Source: Octopus sinensis
Taxonomy: Eukaryota
DNA: 64,000 nt
Direction of reading: 5' to 3'
Assembly: GCF_006345805.1 (NCBI RefSeq)
Contig: NC_043005.1
Coordinates: forward strand, 22,692,001-22,756,000
Position numbers and translations under genes: made by a program. Below the pieces are notes generated by a model, which was not told where the DNA came from, searched no databases, and saw only the letters and a list, made by a program, of their open reading frames with translations. The first letter of the stretch is position 1, and every line of letters starts with the position of its first letter. Below are positions 34,410 to 46,979 of the stretch, in pieces.

Positions 34410-37400
34410 TTTATAGAAAAACATAAATCCGGAGAAAAAACACTCTAAAAAGTAGAGCAGTCTATATTTATTCCTGGTGAAGGCCGGTTTATGGAGTTAC
34501 CTTGGGTTTCTCGTCCATAAAATGTTCAAACTTATGGCGTATAGTCAGACCCTAATACCTTTAGGCCTAAGACCTTAAAATATGAAGGGGAGAAGACTCG
34601 GTAGAAAGAGAGGTGTAAACAAGTTGGTTATCTCCCTTTACTAAGGGCTATCGACTTCCGCCCGTACCGCCATCATTCAGCTATGAGGGTAAACAATAAG
34701 GGATTATCCTTCTCTCACGTTAGCTATCAAATTCCGGCTGTGCTGCCATCTTACAGTTCCCAATATACCAGCAGAAATTTCCTAAAATGCAAACAAGGCC
34801 TTAAAATCTCCGTTCTGGAGTTAAGTATAGTCCCTGGTTCGAGTGAGACTTTTAGGATTCTCGTGCGTTCGGCTATGCATACTTCGTAGCGTTTCGTCCC
34901 GTTGATGTAGGAGCCTGGGTTTTCGAGGATTTCCCATGACATCGAGTGTGGAACTCTGTCCTCTTTTAGTTGCCAAATGTGGCTGGCCAGCGATGTTACG
35001 TATCTCCTTTCCAAGACTCTGAAAGAGGATCCATGGTTGGAAAATCGTATCTTGAACGAATTTCCAATACAACCATTGTATTTTCGTGAACGTGCAATGT
35101 CGGTACTCGTTCCTATTATTGATGTTGTTTGTACCCCCTGCTGGGGTTGCTGCCGCTGCTGTTGTTATGGTTGTTGCTGCTGATGTGGTTGCTGTCATTG
35201 TTGTCACCGATGTTATTGTTGCTGCTGTTATTGTTGCTGCTGTTGTTGTTACTGCTGTTGATGAAGTTGATGCTGATAATGTTGGAGCTAGGGCTGTTGG
35301 TGTTGGTGCCGGGGCTGCTGGTGTTTGTACTGCTGGAGGTGGTTGTTGCGTCGGTACTGCTACCGCCCCTGCGTGTGTTGCCGGTTATGCACCTGTTGAT
35401 GCTGTTACTAATACTGTCAATGTTCTCGCCGATGCTGTTGCTGCTATTGCTCCTGTTGTTGTTGTCGTCGCCTACGATCCTGATGCTGGAGCTGTTGGTG
35501 GAGGTGGGGATGGTGATGATAGTGATGCTGCTATCGTCTTTGCCGGTTATGCAGGAGGCGCTGTAGTTGCTAACGCTGTGCCTAAAGTGGTTACTAACAT
35601 TATTGCGGTTTTCACCGATATTGGTGGGTGGGGAGTACTTCTGCCAGAGCTGTCATTAGTCGAGCTTCTGCTGGTGCTTCTGCTAGGGTCGCTGCCGCTG
35701 CTGATGGTGTTGTTGCCGATATAGGTGGTGTCGGCATTGGATCTGTTACTGCTGCTGCAATCGGTCCTGTCAGTGTAGGCGTTGGCAGGTCTGCTGCTGT
35801 GGACATCAGGGAAGCTGTTGGTGTTGGTGTCAATGTTGTTGCTTTTGTTGGTGTCGATGCTGTCGCTAAAGCTGTCCACTGTGGTGGTGTTGGCTCTGTT
35901 AGTTCAGTTGTATCTACGGCCACTTTTGTTTCTGCTGGTAGAATTGTCAGGGTTCAATCGTACTTCGGCTTGACAGACTACTCCTTTGGTTTTGTAGTGG
36001 CCTCCTACCGGCCGACTGTTGCGGATCCTGCATGAACAGCCTGCCCCTTCCTGTAGCCTATGGGCGCTAACTAGCATGCTCTTAATATTGGGGGCACAAT
36101 TAAACGAGACTCTAACGTTGTGCCTCGTGAAAATTAGTCCGTACATATGGGAGCTTGTTAAGTGCTTGTCTATTAATTTAAGGAAAAGTCTACCTACGGG
36201 CGTTATAGTGTGACGGGAGAAGTGGGTGCAAGCCAAATTGCATTTCGGCAGTGTTTCTTTTTGCGGTTGTTGGGTACCGGTATATAGGAGAGGCGGTCCC
36301 TAAGCCCACTGGCAGCTAGGGCTTCATTATAGTATGGGGCCGATGCGTCGAAGGCTTCTTGGTTAGAGAAAAGGTTTGAACTCCTTTTGCTAATACCTTT
36401 ACCAGATTCCTGAACACGATGGGTGGGTGACAGGAGGCTGTGTTGGTGTATGTTTGCCTCTCGTTTGGTTTACGGTAAGGCCCGTGAGTATCGGAGCCCA
36501 AATCCAGCGTGATGTCTAAGAAATACGCTGTGGTGAGATTGGTTTCTATGGTGATCTTCAATCCCATAGCGACAAGCGTGCTGATTAAGTCCTTCCTAAA
36601 CCCATCTAGTGTATGGCCACTTGCTCCCTTAGAGATGGCCAGGGCGTTATCTCTGTAGAGACTAAAGAGGACAGATATGAATTTTTTCCTAAAGGTATCC
36701 AGTATGTACAACACATCGCTGCGTCAAAGGAGCCCGTGAGGTCGGATTTCTTGACCCATCCCGAATTTTTGTTAAACAGTACTGTCTTCCTGGCATGCAT
36801 TATAATTTCTACATCTCTGTCGCTAACGCTAGTGAAGCCCCTAGCGAAACAAAGCGCTTTGGTCAGTAGCCCTTTTAATATAGACGGGTAAAAGTCGACT
36901 ATATCAAATTGGGTGAAACTTGCCCTGCCTCTACCCTTGATGACGTTATAAGGAAAGGTTGGTGACCCCTACATCACCGGGACAAAATTCTGCAAGCTAT
37001 GAATCTATGCATAGCCGAACGCACGAGAATCCTAAAATTCACCAAAGGGAACCAGGCACTATACTAAATTCCAGATCGGAGATTTTCGGGCCATGTTTGC
37101 ATTCTAGGAAATTTCTGCTGGCATTTTGGGAACCGCAAGGTTGCGGTACAGCCGGAGGTTGGTAGCTAACGGGAGAGAGAGAGATAATCCCTTATTCTTT
37201 ACTCTGAATGATGTCGGTACGGGCGGAAGTCGATAGCCATTAGCAAAGGGAGACAACCCCCCAACTTGTTTACAACTGCCTTTCTACCGAGACTTTCTTC
37301 ATATTTGAAAGAGGTCTCAGGCCAACAGGTTTTGGGTTCTGACTATACGCCATAAGTTTAAAACATTAGTGGGCGGGAAACACAGGGTAACCCCATAAAC

Positions 37401-37420
37401 CGGCCTTCATCAGGAAAAAA
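34410..37420 (-). mobile_element. Penelope-like element (RT + GIY-YIG, disrupted) with an inverted pLTR at 36995-37420
   Basis: RT: QFDIVDFYPSI...LYRDNALAI...GLKITIETNL...FLDITLDL...PYRKPN...HPP. EN C-terminus: SLASHIWQLK...WEIL...ILNSRTEILRPCLHFRKFLL. 36995-37420 (+) is a diverged inverted copy of ~34460-34880. Confidence 0.92.
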
Positions 37421-37702
37421 ATTATATATAGAGTGATATGTAATTGTAAGATCCAAGGATCTAGATGTAATATGTGTGTATGTATGTATGTATGCATGTA
37501 TGTATGTATGTATGTATGTATGTATGTATGTATGTATGTATGTATGTATGTATGTATGTATGTGATGTATGTATGTATGTATGTATGTATGTATGTATGA
37601 TGTATGTATGTATGTATGTATGTATGTATGTATGTATGTATGTATGTATGTATGTATGTATGTATGTATAAGGGGAAATTCAGTTGGCTTACCATTTTTT
37701 TA

Positions 37703-38080
37703 TGTCAGGTCACTTTCGAGTGCTACAGGTAACATGTAACCCAGTACAACCTGTTGCATGGTCGGGTCATCGGCGACTAAACCGGCAACCCCACCAAGCT
37801 TGCTTGGTGAGGAGGTTGTTTATTGGACACCCTGCGGAATGAAAAACAAAACTCGTCAAAGAGCAGAGGAACTCTTGAGAGTCAACGGCCATCCAATAAA
37901 TGTTTTAAGGCTGCATCATGCGCGGGGACATAGAAATAATCGGACTGAATACCCGATCGCGCTGTTAAACTATTGGGAGTGAAGGACTCCTAGCATTTGT
38001 TAGGGCATCCTTCTAGAAGAAGGTAACTCAGGTAACTGGGATAACTCTGACATAAAACCTACGGCTCAGTGGTTACCGAT
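37703..38080 (+). mobile_element. RTE-like LINE 5' UTR fragment
   Basis: GGGCATCCTTCTAGAAGAAGGTAACTC...AAAACC resembles RTE 5' UTR motifs. It lies in a block flanked by a duplicated (TATG)n plus 35 bp. Confidence 0.4.
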
Positions 38081-39506
38081 GATGTTGACTTGTACTTCTT
38101 TTCGGATTATGGCTGCTGTAGCTTAGTGAGTGGGATTGACTCAGTGCACAGCCTTTCCTCACTTTAAAAAAATCCTCTTGCACAGGCATTGCACGATAAC
38201 AACATTGATTAAGCTTCGTGCAATGGCTATACTCAATAACGAGGGGGCAGCCACCACCATGTATGTATGTATGTATGTATGTATGTATGTATGTATGTAT
38301 GTATGTATGTATGTATGTATGTACGTATGTAAGTATGTATGTATGTATAAGGGGAAATTCAGTTGGCTTACCATTTTTTTGACCATTTGTGGAGCAAATA
38401 CATTCATGAGTGGATAAACACCAAACAACAAGCTGATTAAAGTATTGTTCATTCCACGACGTTTAGCCTGCAGGAAAAAATATCCATTTCGTTCATTAAA
38501 TCTCATCAGACATACAGGTGTAATGGTGCATTATTGTAGGGACAAGTCCACATATTTTGTAGGAAGAATACAGTCGTTAAACTTAGACTCTAGTGCTTTA
38601 CTAGTACTGACTTTATTTATATCCATAGAATGAAAGACAAATTCTACTCCACTCCGTTAGAACAACTAAATACAGCCAATCTGTCTGCCTTTTAAACATA
38701 CACCACTCTTTTCTCAATCCCAATAACAACTGCAACTGAGCAACAGATTAAGCGATGGTAAACCGAGTTCGTGACACTCTTAGTTGAGAAAGGCTTAGAA
38801 GCTACATAATCTAATTTTTTATAGTAAATTGACGATCATTCTCTCAAATCAAAAATTAATATTTGCATCATTAATCACAGGTGGAAAGCTACAAATCCAA
38901 AATAAAACGACCATTCTAGATCTCTGTTGCAGTGCCTTGAACGGCGGTGCTGTCAGACATAGTACTCAATATTTAGCTATGTCTCTTTAGGTTCTGTGTT
39001 CAAAGCTCACTTGTAATTGGCACAGCTTTTCATTCATCCATGGTGTCTATACAATAGATATACTAGTTATATACTGAGGTCAACAGGCACACCCAAATAA
39101 GTTTCCCTTCAAGTTTAATCACTACAATTTGTGTTTCGTATGAAATCAATATTTCCTTTTTTTTTTAATATGGTTATCACCACTGTATGAAATGTTTTCG
39201 GTTCCTGTCAGCGCCTTCCCGAGATTTAGGTTCAATTCCTAGTTGCACCGATTTCACTTTACTTCTCCAACATCGTTAATGTCCAAGAGAAGGACATAAA
39301 TAACACTCTGTTTTATATTTGTTCTCCGGTAAATTAAATATCATAGTTTTATTGTTTAACAAAGCAAATTTAAATAGTTTTAAAGAATTTACACCCAAGG
39401 AAATGTTTCTAATTGTGGAACAAAATTTGGTGCTCCTTTGGTATACGATCTACGTGCCATGAAACTGCTTTGGTATCAATCTGCAAAGTCTCATTGTGTT
39501 TGAACA

Positions 39507-39573
39507 GTTCACAAGTATCCGGTCAGTTCATAAGTATCCGGATTGTTCATAAGTATCAGGTTGGTTCATAAAT
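39507..39573. repeat. 19-bp minisatellite, ~3.5 copies (GTTCATAAGTATCCGGnnn)
   Basis: Directly visible. Confidence 0.85.
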
Positions 39574-40727
39574 GTGGTGAAAATAGATTTTTATCAGTGT
39601 TAAGTGATTTCACAACACTGTGACCAAATTCTTCTGTGAACGGACGTTGAAAATTATTGTCTGATGTGATATTTGGTGAGAATAAAATATATTGTCCAAG
39701 AAACCCAAGTGTTGATCGAACCAATGATGGAGCTACATTCAGAACAACAATCTCTAATATGCCTGCACCTTTTTAAAGTCGAACGGAATCGGCGAAGCTT
39801 CGGCTCAGCAACGGAATATGGCGATCGATTCAGCCAACTGTTGTACGCTCTCTCCTCCTCCATAGTTGTCAGAGAAGACTTCAAAGTGCAACGACCAACA
39901 TGAGCGTAGTTGTTCCTTTGTAGCTGACAACGGGTTGGCCGTACAGTGGGTACGACCTCGACTACGAACACAAATGTGAGCTGAGAACCAAGCTCGGGCA
40001 CCACCACGAACACGAACACGATCATGAGCACGATCACGGCCATGAGCATGGCCACGAATACGGTCAAGAAGACGGCCACGAAGACGGCCGTGAGGACGAC
40101 CACAAAGACGGCCACGATCACAACGCTGACCGCCCGGTAGCTGGCTACAAACGTATAACACACAAATACTCACACTCGTGCTGGAATTGTCGGCCGACAA
40201 GCGAACGGAATCGCTGGAGCTTCCGCCAGGCGGGGGAATACGGCGATCGATGTGGTTTCAGAGAAATTTGCAGTAATTTTTAGAAGGTCATGTGATCATA
40301 GATTATTGCAACTGAAACAATTTTCACCATAGGTCTGCTGAATCAGGATTGACCTGGAGCTTAACAACGGCAGCAACAACTCAGTGCTGGTGATGGAGCG
40401 TGAATAACTCACTTCTTCACTGGCTATTGTTCTTATTTAATCCCAGTTCAGCTCAGCTTCGACAGCTCAATGACTGAAAGTCTTTCAACCATTATCAACA
40501 CACCTTTTTTCCAGACAGTGAGTCAAGAACTACATTATCCAAAACAGCCTTTCTTGACGTTGTAATTGTTTTTGCTGTTGTTTAACCCCGGTTAATTCTT
40601 TGACGCAGTAGATCAAAACTGTTCTAACAGTAGTCATCACAGCGTTTATTAAGACATGGCTTTTCTGTCTGAATAAAAGATGTAAGGATATCCAATATAT
40701 CTTTAGATCTTTTTTCTCAGGATAATA

Positions 40728-41560
40728 CGAGGGTCGGCTGAAAAGTTCATAGGCTGACCAATATACTCGCATGGAATGTGACCAAATGAGATTTCTTCCA
40801 TTGGTGTTGCAGTGCTTGGATGCCATTGGTGAAAGACAATTCATCTGTTAGTCAAAAAAGTTAGCAGCAGCAGATATGACGTCATCATTTCTGCAATATT
40901 GGTTTCCAACCGGTTTATTTTTTTCATATTAGGGAACAGATGATAAGTCATATGAGGCCAAATCAGAAGAATAAGGAAGCCAATCAACCAGGTCAAAGCC
41001 ACAGTCACGTACAGCACTCATTGAAACCATGTACTTGTATGCTGGAGCATTGACATTGGGAAGCCAGACCTCTTTCTTCAGTTTTTCTGGCTATTAGGTC
41101 TTGATAGCTCTTCGTAACTGCTTCAGCAAGTTGGCATAGTACTTTTCTTTGATGGTGTGGCCCTTTAGAAGACAGTCAATGAACACAATGCCTTTTGCAT
41201 CCTCAAAATCTGATGCCATCATCTTCCCTGCAGATGAAACACCCTTGGCCTTCTTTGGAGCAGGTGAGGATTGATGTTTTCACTGCACAGATTATCTCTC
41301 TGTCTCTGGCTCAAAGCAATAAAGCCAACACTCATCCTGGGTTAGGAAACGTTTAAGAAAACCAGTTGGATCTGCCTCACACAATGTGAAATTTTCCCGT
41401 GATGTGATCAGCCTGGTGCACTTTTGATCATGTGTCAGAAGACACTTCGTCCTATCAAGTAATATCAAGTTTTGCAGAATATTCTCAGCTCTCTCACAGC
41501 ATATGTTAATAGCATATACACTATAATTTCTGACACCGTCTTCATTGTCACTGCTATCTT
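40728..41560 (-). mobile_element. Mariner transposase relic with one TIR
   Basis: TA-CGAGGGTCGGCTGAAAAGTTC TIR. Frames give RFLTQDECW...PAPKKAK...SAGKMMAS...DAKGIVFID...YYANLLKQLRRAI...NAPAY...PYSSDLASYD (DD34D-type motifs). Confidence 0.9.
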
Positions 41561-41853
41561 AATAGAGAAAATACATTTAGGAGCAATTTTTTAGAGAATG
41601 AAAATACATTGAGAGAATGAAGATATTTTAATAAGGTTACCTACCTCAGCTGGATAGGTAACTTCTAGTAGAGGGAACATCGAAGCGGCTATCAGACGAG
41701 ATAGCAACAGTGCCGTTATAAGCAATTTTTGTTGAGAAGCAATTTTCTTTGGTGAGTCAGATATTTCGTTGGTTGTTGAATCATTATTGTCTGGTACCTC
41801 CTCCGAATTCCTCATGATCTCCATATTGCTAGGCATTTTACTCTCTGTCTGTC

Positions 41854-41899
<46 letters not shown>

Positions 41900-42591
41900 T
41901 GTCTCTCTCTCTCTGTCACTGTCTCTCTCTCTTTCTCTTCCTCGTTCTCACTCTCTCTCTTCCTCGTCCTCACTCTCTCTCTCTCTCTCTCTCTCTCTTC
42001 CTCGTTCTCACTCTCTCTCTTTTTGTCTCTCTTGGTCTCTCTTTTTCTCTTGCACAGTCCCCTTTCTCACTGTCTCTCCTATTCACTGTCCCTCTTTCGC
42101 AGTGTTCCCTTTTCTCACTGTCCTTCCCTCTATGGCATTGAACTTTTCTGTAAGCTGCAACCCCTCTCACTAACTCCCTCTCTCACTATTCCCACACCCA
42201 CACTGTTCCTTTCTCTCACTGTCCTTTCCTCTCACTATCTTACTGTACCGTTCTCTTGCTGTTTCTTCTTTCACTAACCATCTCTTACTTTTCCCTCTCC
42301 CACTATAACCTTACATGTCCTCCTCTCACTCCCACGCTTCCTCAGCTTCCTTCATTGTCTCTCTGTACCAAAGAAATAAAGAAATATTGAAAGCCTGTGA
42401 GACATACATAAATCAGTACATCGTTCTTAACAACAACAATAAAATCATGAACAGTAACAACAATCGAGAGAGATCCTATGTGATTGCTCACATTGAAATA
42501 AAATATCCTTCAAATCGTCATATAGAATAGTTGTCTGTGGAATACTCAGCCACTTTGAACGCTAAGCAATATATATATAATATGCTGTATT

Positions 42592-42629
<38 letters not shown>

Positions 42630-42959
42630 TAATAAAAGTGTAAAATTAATCAATTAAATTAACTAATTAAGCAATCAACTATTTAATAATTTTACCAAGT
42701 AGATCGGTACGTTAAAATAACCTTTATAGGTAAAATTATACAAATATTCTATAATTATAAACATAATTATGATTAGTTGATTCATCGTTTTTCTCTTTGC
42801 CTACGTAAAAAATGTGTGTTACTGTCGTGGAGATTCTTACAGTAGTAGAAAAGGAAATTTTAACTCCTATACTCCTATTTCTAATTTCGTTATGTGGTGA
42901 AGCAATAAGCTGACCCCTCATTATAATTATGTTTATAATTATAGAATATCTGTGAATAT

Positions 42960-45240
42960 ATATATATATGAAGTTCTCTAAATATAAATCCCTTCCAAAA
43001 ACAACTTTCCCAAACTATAAAACGGATCACTTCATCGCCTAAATTGTTGCACGTCTTCTCAGATAAAACGGAAATTATGTATCCTACTACTATCGAAGAA
43101 TGCAACAAATTCTTCAAGATGGAACTATACAAGACTTATGATCCAGCACCGACATCTGCCCTTGACAATATCAACACCAACCAATGCAGGCTTATGAGCA
43201 AATTACACGTGGACGATCGCACAGAATCTACTGCCCTACATCTCTACGCTTCAACCTTAAGGATCATAAGGACTTCATAACTAAACAATCTAACATCTCA
43301 TGTACCCTACCAAATCAGATCTGGGAAGAACAAGCAAAGATATTCTAAATAATATAATACCAATCGTCAAAGAGAAATTGAGCGTCAACTTATGGTCCTG
43401 TACAGATGAAGTCATAACATGGTTCCATCTCTTAAACAGCAAAAACTCTTCTTTCCTACAATTCGATATAAATAATTACTATTCTTCTATTTCTCCCAAA
43501 CTTCTTAATCGCTCCTTCTAGCTAGGAATCTAACTAACTTAAAACCTTTAGAAATTAACATAATTCTTAATAACCGTAAAACCCTTATTTCTTTTGAGAA
43601 CAAACTTTGGTAGCGGGTCAACTGCTATAACAATAATAATAACCATAACAAATTATTTGACATTACTATGGGATCATTCGACTCTGCCCAAGTCACCGTC
43701 TTCATTGTCCTAAACATACTCCACTGGCTCCGAATACATTTCCCTAAGATCAAGGGAGGCCTCTACAGAGATGACGCTTTGCCAGTCATCAAGGGCGTAA
43801 ATGAATCCTCTTTTCACTAACCTCAACCTATCTATTACTTTTGAAAATTCTCACAAAAACCACTAATTTTTTAGACATACCTTTAAACTTAGAAACCTAC
43901 CAATACTCCCCATATCACGAACCTAACCAACACCCTAAGTACTAAAACATTAATTCCAATCACAACAAATCTATATTTGATAATATAGTTAAGGGCATCT
44001 CGATTCGTATATCTGACCTCTCATCCATTCAGAAAATATTCAATAACTACACCCCATATTACAACCAAGCGCTTGCTGCCAGTGGCTTCTCCCAACAAAT
44101 AAAATACATCTCTAATACTAGGCTCAAACCACATATATCTCAAATCATATCACAACGACATACCAACCATCGGAATTACAACAGACCACAGAAAGACTAC
44201 TAGAACTCCGGGAGAACCCAGATTAAGACAACTTAGACTCCACACGCACAAATAACACTAGGTCAAAATCTAAAGCAACTATCAATAACGGGCCATATTA
44301 CGCCCCTCTAATTTCTAAAAATATAGATTAACTACCCCTAAATAACCAACGAAAGCGGTCGACGCTCTATTCACCACCCCGCCTTCTCACTAAACGTTAA
44401 GAACTTAGTTAAATCCCTTTTTTAATATACTGGATTCAAACTTCCCTCGTTAACATAAATATTACTCTACCGTTAATAGATACACCTTAAAGCTATCCTA
44501 TTCCTCCCCACCCAACTTTCAGGCGATCGTAACAGTTTCTAATAGACGAAAACTTTCTATTATCAAACGTTAAACTATAAAACCTCTGAATACACGATCG
44601 CCCAACAAATGCATAGCTCCAATATCGAACCTATTATTTTATATCACAACGAAAACTCAACCAACACCACTAACAATAACCAGAATACTACTACCCTAAC
44701 GTCCACCATTATTACAGATAGGATAAATAACAACAACGATAGAAATAGTAATAATAATAATGATAATAGTAATAATAATGTTAATAACATAGACCAATCT
44801 ACTCCCATTTCTAACCTCTCCTTAGACAGTATTACCCCCTCCATTCATGAGGACCATCTGCCCTCTGCAAACTAATTACAGAAGGTCTAACGTAATTTAT
44901 AAATGCACCGACCACAACACGTCACACTATTCTACAACCGTATATACAGGATCAACTATAAATTTTAAACAGCGATTCGCTGTGCATCTCAGTTCTTTTA
45001 TATATAAGAAACACAGTATCCACAGCACTCGCCAGTCACATACATCATCTCAAAAATAGAAATATTCCATACATCTTGTCATGATCCATAATAGATTCAG
45101 GGCTTTCATACCAGGGTCAACGCTCAGCCTGTAAGCTAAACCTAAAAGAAGTATTCCACATATTAAAACACAACTCTTCAATACTACTAAATAAATGTAA
45201 TGAATTTTACCACAAATCTAAATACAACCTAAATCATCAC
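42960..45240 (+). mobile_element. Penelope-like element (RT + GIY-YIG), multiply disrupted
   Basis: PTKSDLGRTSKDIL...FLQFDINNYYSSIS...DITMGSFDSAQV...GGLYRDDAL; Asn-rich linker at 44610-44830; NVIYKC...VYTGST.NFKQRF. Confidence 0.88.
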
Positions 45241-45761
45241 AGTATATATCCCGAACACCCCTAGGTAAACTCCAGCAACCCTATTTGACTTTGCATTGTC
45301 TCCGTTTTTAATTTTTTAACCCTCCAATCTTATTTTTTAATTGTTTAATAATACATATATGGACATATATGCATATACGTGGATATATGTGTGTGAACAT
45401 GTGTATGTATGTATATTTATGTGTGCGTGTATGTCCGCATGTGTTTGTGTCTATACATATATCTATGGGTGGGTGTGTGTGTGGGTGTGCATGTATATAT
45501 ATGCATATATGCGTATGAGTTTAAGTACATAACTATGCGGGTCTATATAACAGTGCATATACACACGTATACATATGTATGTGCACGCGCGTGTATATCA
45601 ATGTACAATTCTTTTTTTCTCACTCTGATTCCTCAGGCCCCACTACCACTTTAGCCAGTACAATAAACATGTCCTTCTATTTTTAAAAACTTGACTACTA
45701 TATCTTATTATTCTTCCATTCCTTTTTGAGGTTTGCAACACATATTAGTAATCCCCTGTAC

Positions 45762-46240
45762 CATTCTCTGTACCCATCCCTCTACCTCAGTGCCTCTCAA
45801 ACATATCACCCACCCCCTTCTCCTCACACATTCATTCCTTACATTCTTATCTCTTCCTATCCATCCCCTACTCCTCTCTTATCCCCTCATAATATCTTGA
45901 CCACCAACTAACATTCCTTTTTTTCATTTTCTCTTCCGCTTTCTTTCTTTCTTTCATTCTTTTTTCCTTCCTCACCTATTCCTTTCGACCATTCTTCTCA
46001 TTTTAACATACACATCTTTTCTCTCCTCTCTGCTTAATACAACCACTACATTCTCCAAATTTTACTCCCACCACAATGCCCCTTTGATGAACAGCACATG
46101 GAATCTATGTCTCCACACTTTCCTCTAAATAATGACAAAATATGAACTCCTATCGGAATTTGTATGCCACGGACAAGAAACGTTTCTATCATTTCTACAC
46201 ACCACTTTTCTTGGATAACGGAACTGCAACTATAACATCT
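45762..46240 (+). repeat. Unclassified interspersed repeat, copy 2 (see 1551-2017)
   Basis: Colinear similarity with 1551-2017. Confidence 0.8.
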
Positions 46241-46979
46241 TACATATATATTTTTACTTTTATTCTCATATTTCCCTTTATACTTCTTATTTCCATCCTA
46301 CTTTTTCCCTCTATTTAACCATCTCACATCGTCTCTGATCTAGGGATATTCCTAAGATTCCAGAAACAGCTGTCTCTTTATAAATGTCCTGAAAATTCCA
46401 CACAGCCTTGGCTTTGTTGTCTCATTTTATTTAACACACACACTCACACACATTCACACACACAAACGCACGCACACTCACATACACACATTCTACGTTA
46501 TTCGATATGAGCTCTTATTAATGGCCAGAGTCATTCCGTTTATTTTTGTATTCAAGAGTTCATCCTTCTGTTCTCTTTGTCATAATGCTCATCTAATGCT
46601 TTTATGTTCATACATTCTGATGATCAAATTGATTTTCTCATTTTCCTCGTTGGTAAATCTTATCAATATGTGTCATCAATATATATTTAATACGCTATAT
46701 GTATTTGTAGACAGGCTAATTCTATTATCAATTATTCTATTTCCACTATACTCCACTATTACCTTTTATATTCAAATTACTAACAGGTACCATGTATCAG
46801 CTTTAGCCTATTTACATATTACACTGTGCGTATGTATTTCTTGCTTTAAGCAGAACAAAACTCAATACATACTGACCAAAACAGTATCCAAGTGGATGAA
46901 TACGCCTGTAAGTGAAACCAAAAGCCAAATTACATAGGCAGAATCAGCAACCTCCAGCACTGTCTATTTGCTTCAATTC

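Noticed and set aside
35086-36035. Plus-strand Val/Ala-rich ORFs (212 aa, 145 aa, 135 aa) as host genes
   Set aside because: They are shadow frames of the low-complexity insert within the minus-strand PLE.
37290-37415. Antisense hammerhead CTGATGA-AGGCC...GGCCT-GAGAC
   Set aside because: GAAA is altered in both copies and no stem I or consistent cleavage triplet can be formed.
46335-46375. CTGATCTA...GAAACAGCTGTC hammerhead-like string
   Set aside because: Palindromic stem III is present, but the core is wrong and stems I and II do not pair.
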